Source: an uncultured Thermodesulfobacteriota bacterium
GTDB lineage: Bacteria > Desulfobacterota > BSN033 > WVXP01
Length of the DNA: 62,981 bases
Reading direction: 5' to 3'
Assembly (NCBI GenBank): GCA_964348185.1
Contig: CAYGBW010000003.1
Coordinates: 1-62,981 of the forward strand
Made by a program: the position numbers and the translations under genes
The notes under the pieces: generated by a model
The model's input: the letters and a program-made list of their open reading frames with translations, nothing else
Told to the model about the DNA's origin: nothing
Databases searched by the model: none
In this document: positions 62,174 through 62,981 of the stretch, piece by piece
Position numbering within the stretch: position 1 is the first letter of the stretch
How the letters are laid out: every line of letters begins with the position of its first letter

Positions 62174-62981
62174 GTGCCAGCGAAGGGCTCACATCAGCCC
62201 TGCGTTAAGCGCACAATCCCTAAACGTTTTTTGGATCCCTTGCCCCGAGGCGCTCATGGGCATAAAAAGACATTTTGTCCCCTCCCATTGGAAAGTTTTC
62301 ATGGGGGGGATATGCCAGATGTCCCTCATGAGCCGGAAAACCGCATCTTCAGGATATTGAGGGAGATGGGGGTTTCGAGAGGGACCCGGTGCGGGACTAG
62401 CCTCCCTTGCCCGGAATTAGCTTTTTACAGAGATTGAAGAGCCTGTCTCTGACAGGAGATGTATCGACGAGCTCGGAGCCAATGCTTAAGATCCCCCTGG
62501 GAATGAAGATCACAAAGACCATGAGCAGCAATCATCTACGGCGATTAGTCCGCCAAACCGCTTCTTCTGGTTTTTGACAACCAACCGGTCCGTCCATCCT
62601 CCGATGTCCCGCTGAAGCGATGGTGTCACAGGGGGCGGTTGCGATCGGTGAGGCATGTGTTCCCGCAGCCCATACGGTCTCTTTGAATTCTGGAAAAAGG
62701 CTGGCCCAGGCGGTCGCTTTGGCAACGGGGAATGTCGCAAAAGCAATTCCTCGACTTCCGCCAAATCGGGGACTGATCGCTCGAGGAAAAGTGGCGGATG
62801 TTGTGGTAACGAGACAAGAAAGGCTCTCAGAGATTGAGACGATCACAATCGGTGGGAGAATCGTTGTGCAGGAGGGGAAGGCGACATACGGATCAGGTCC
62901 GCCCCGATCTCCTTCAATGGCCTTCTCTCACCTGAATCTCTCTTCATCCATATCGGCCGTACTCCCTGGCAGCGTCATACA
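62174..62981 (+). pseudogene. Decayed amidohydrolase-like gene; its last frame runs off the right edge
   Basis: From ATG 62620 the open frame reads ..LNSGKRLAQAVALATGNVAKAIPRLPPNRGLIARGKVADVVVTRQERLSEIETITIGGRIVVQEGK.. This matches the amidohydrolase C-terminal pattern ..AT.N.AK..G.....G.I..GK.AD.VV ... V.GR.V. An upstream frame has PRGAHGH, possibly an HxH metal-site relic. The frames are interrupted. Confidence 0.3.

Overview
62,981-bp bacterial chromosomal window, densely coding, with no rRNA, tRNA or CRISPR. All calls are by-eye motif recognition; no searches were run. Reading left to right:

- **SOS mutagenesis cassette (reverse strand):** lexA, an ImuB-like inactive Y-family polymerase, a four-helix-bundle gene and dnaE2. 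The dnaE2 ORF runs off the left edge, so it is missing from the ORF track.
- **ktrBA potassium uptake**, an orphan receiver-domain protein and a Tat-exported alkaline-phosphatase-family enzyme.
- **Two paralogous Liv-type ABC importer clusters.** One carries an opine dehydrogenase, an FAD oxidase and a racemase. The other carries a GntR regulator and DUF4392, DUF1446 and DUF4387 genes. A GGDEF gene sits between them.
- **Near-complete his operon:** hisS, hisG, hisD, hisB, a fused hisH-hisA-hisF and hisIE, preceded by a YerC/HisR-like gene.
- **Sugar-acid genes**, an MscS-type channel, a class-III aminotransferase, a Phd-VapC toxin-antitoxin pair and qor.
- **Anaerobic carbon module:** a divergent sucC / Cys-rich protein / sucD operon facing a four-subunit 2-oxoacid:ferredoxin oxidoreductase, plus methylmalonyl-CoA epimerase.
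- **Right end:** an MFS transporter and a LapG-like transglutaminase-type protease.

**Most notable observations:**
1. The mutagenesis cassette lacks imuA. Its lexA looks leaderless behind a perfect consensus promoter. A hairpin-bracketed four-helix-bundle gene is inserted in it, and a 270-bp palindrome of 9-bp units lies between lexA and imuB.
2. A roughly 330-bp element with heptamer-array arms occurs twice, each time in the same orientation just upstream of a start codon (hisB and qor).
3. HisH, HisA and HisF are fused in one ORF.
4. A Cys-rich gene sits between sucC and sucD.
5. A DUF-rich, GntR-linked transport cluster is split by a nested-hairpin element.
6. There are at least eight gene remnants plus REP-like palindromes and a decayed Y1 transposase.

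I found no recognisable defence system beyond the toxin-antitoxin pair.
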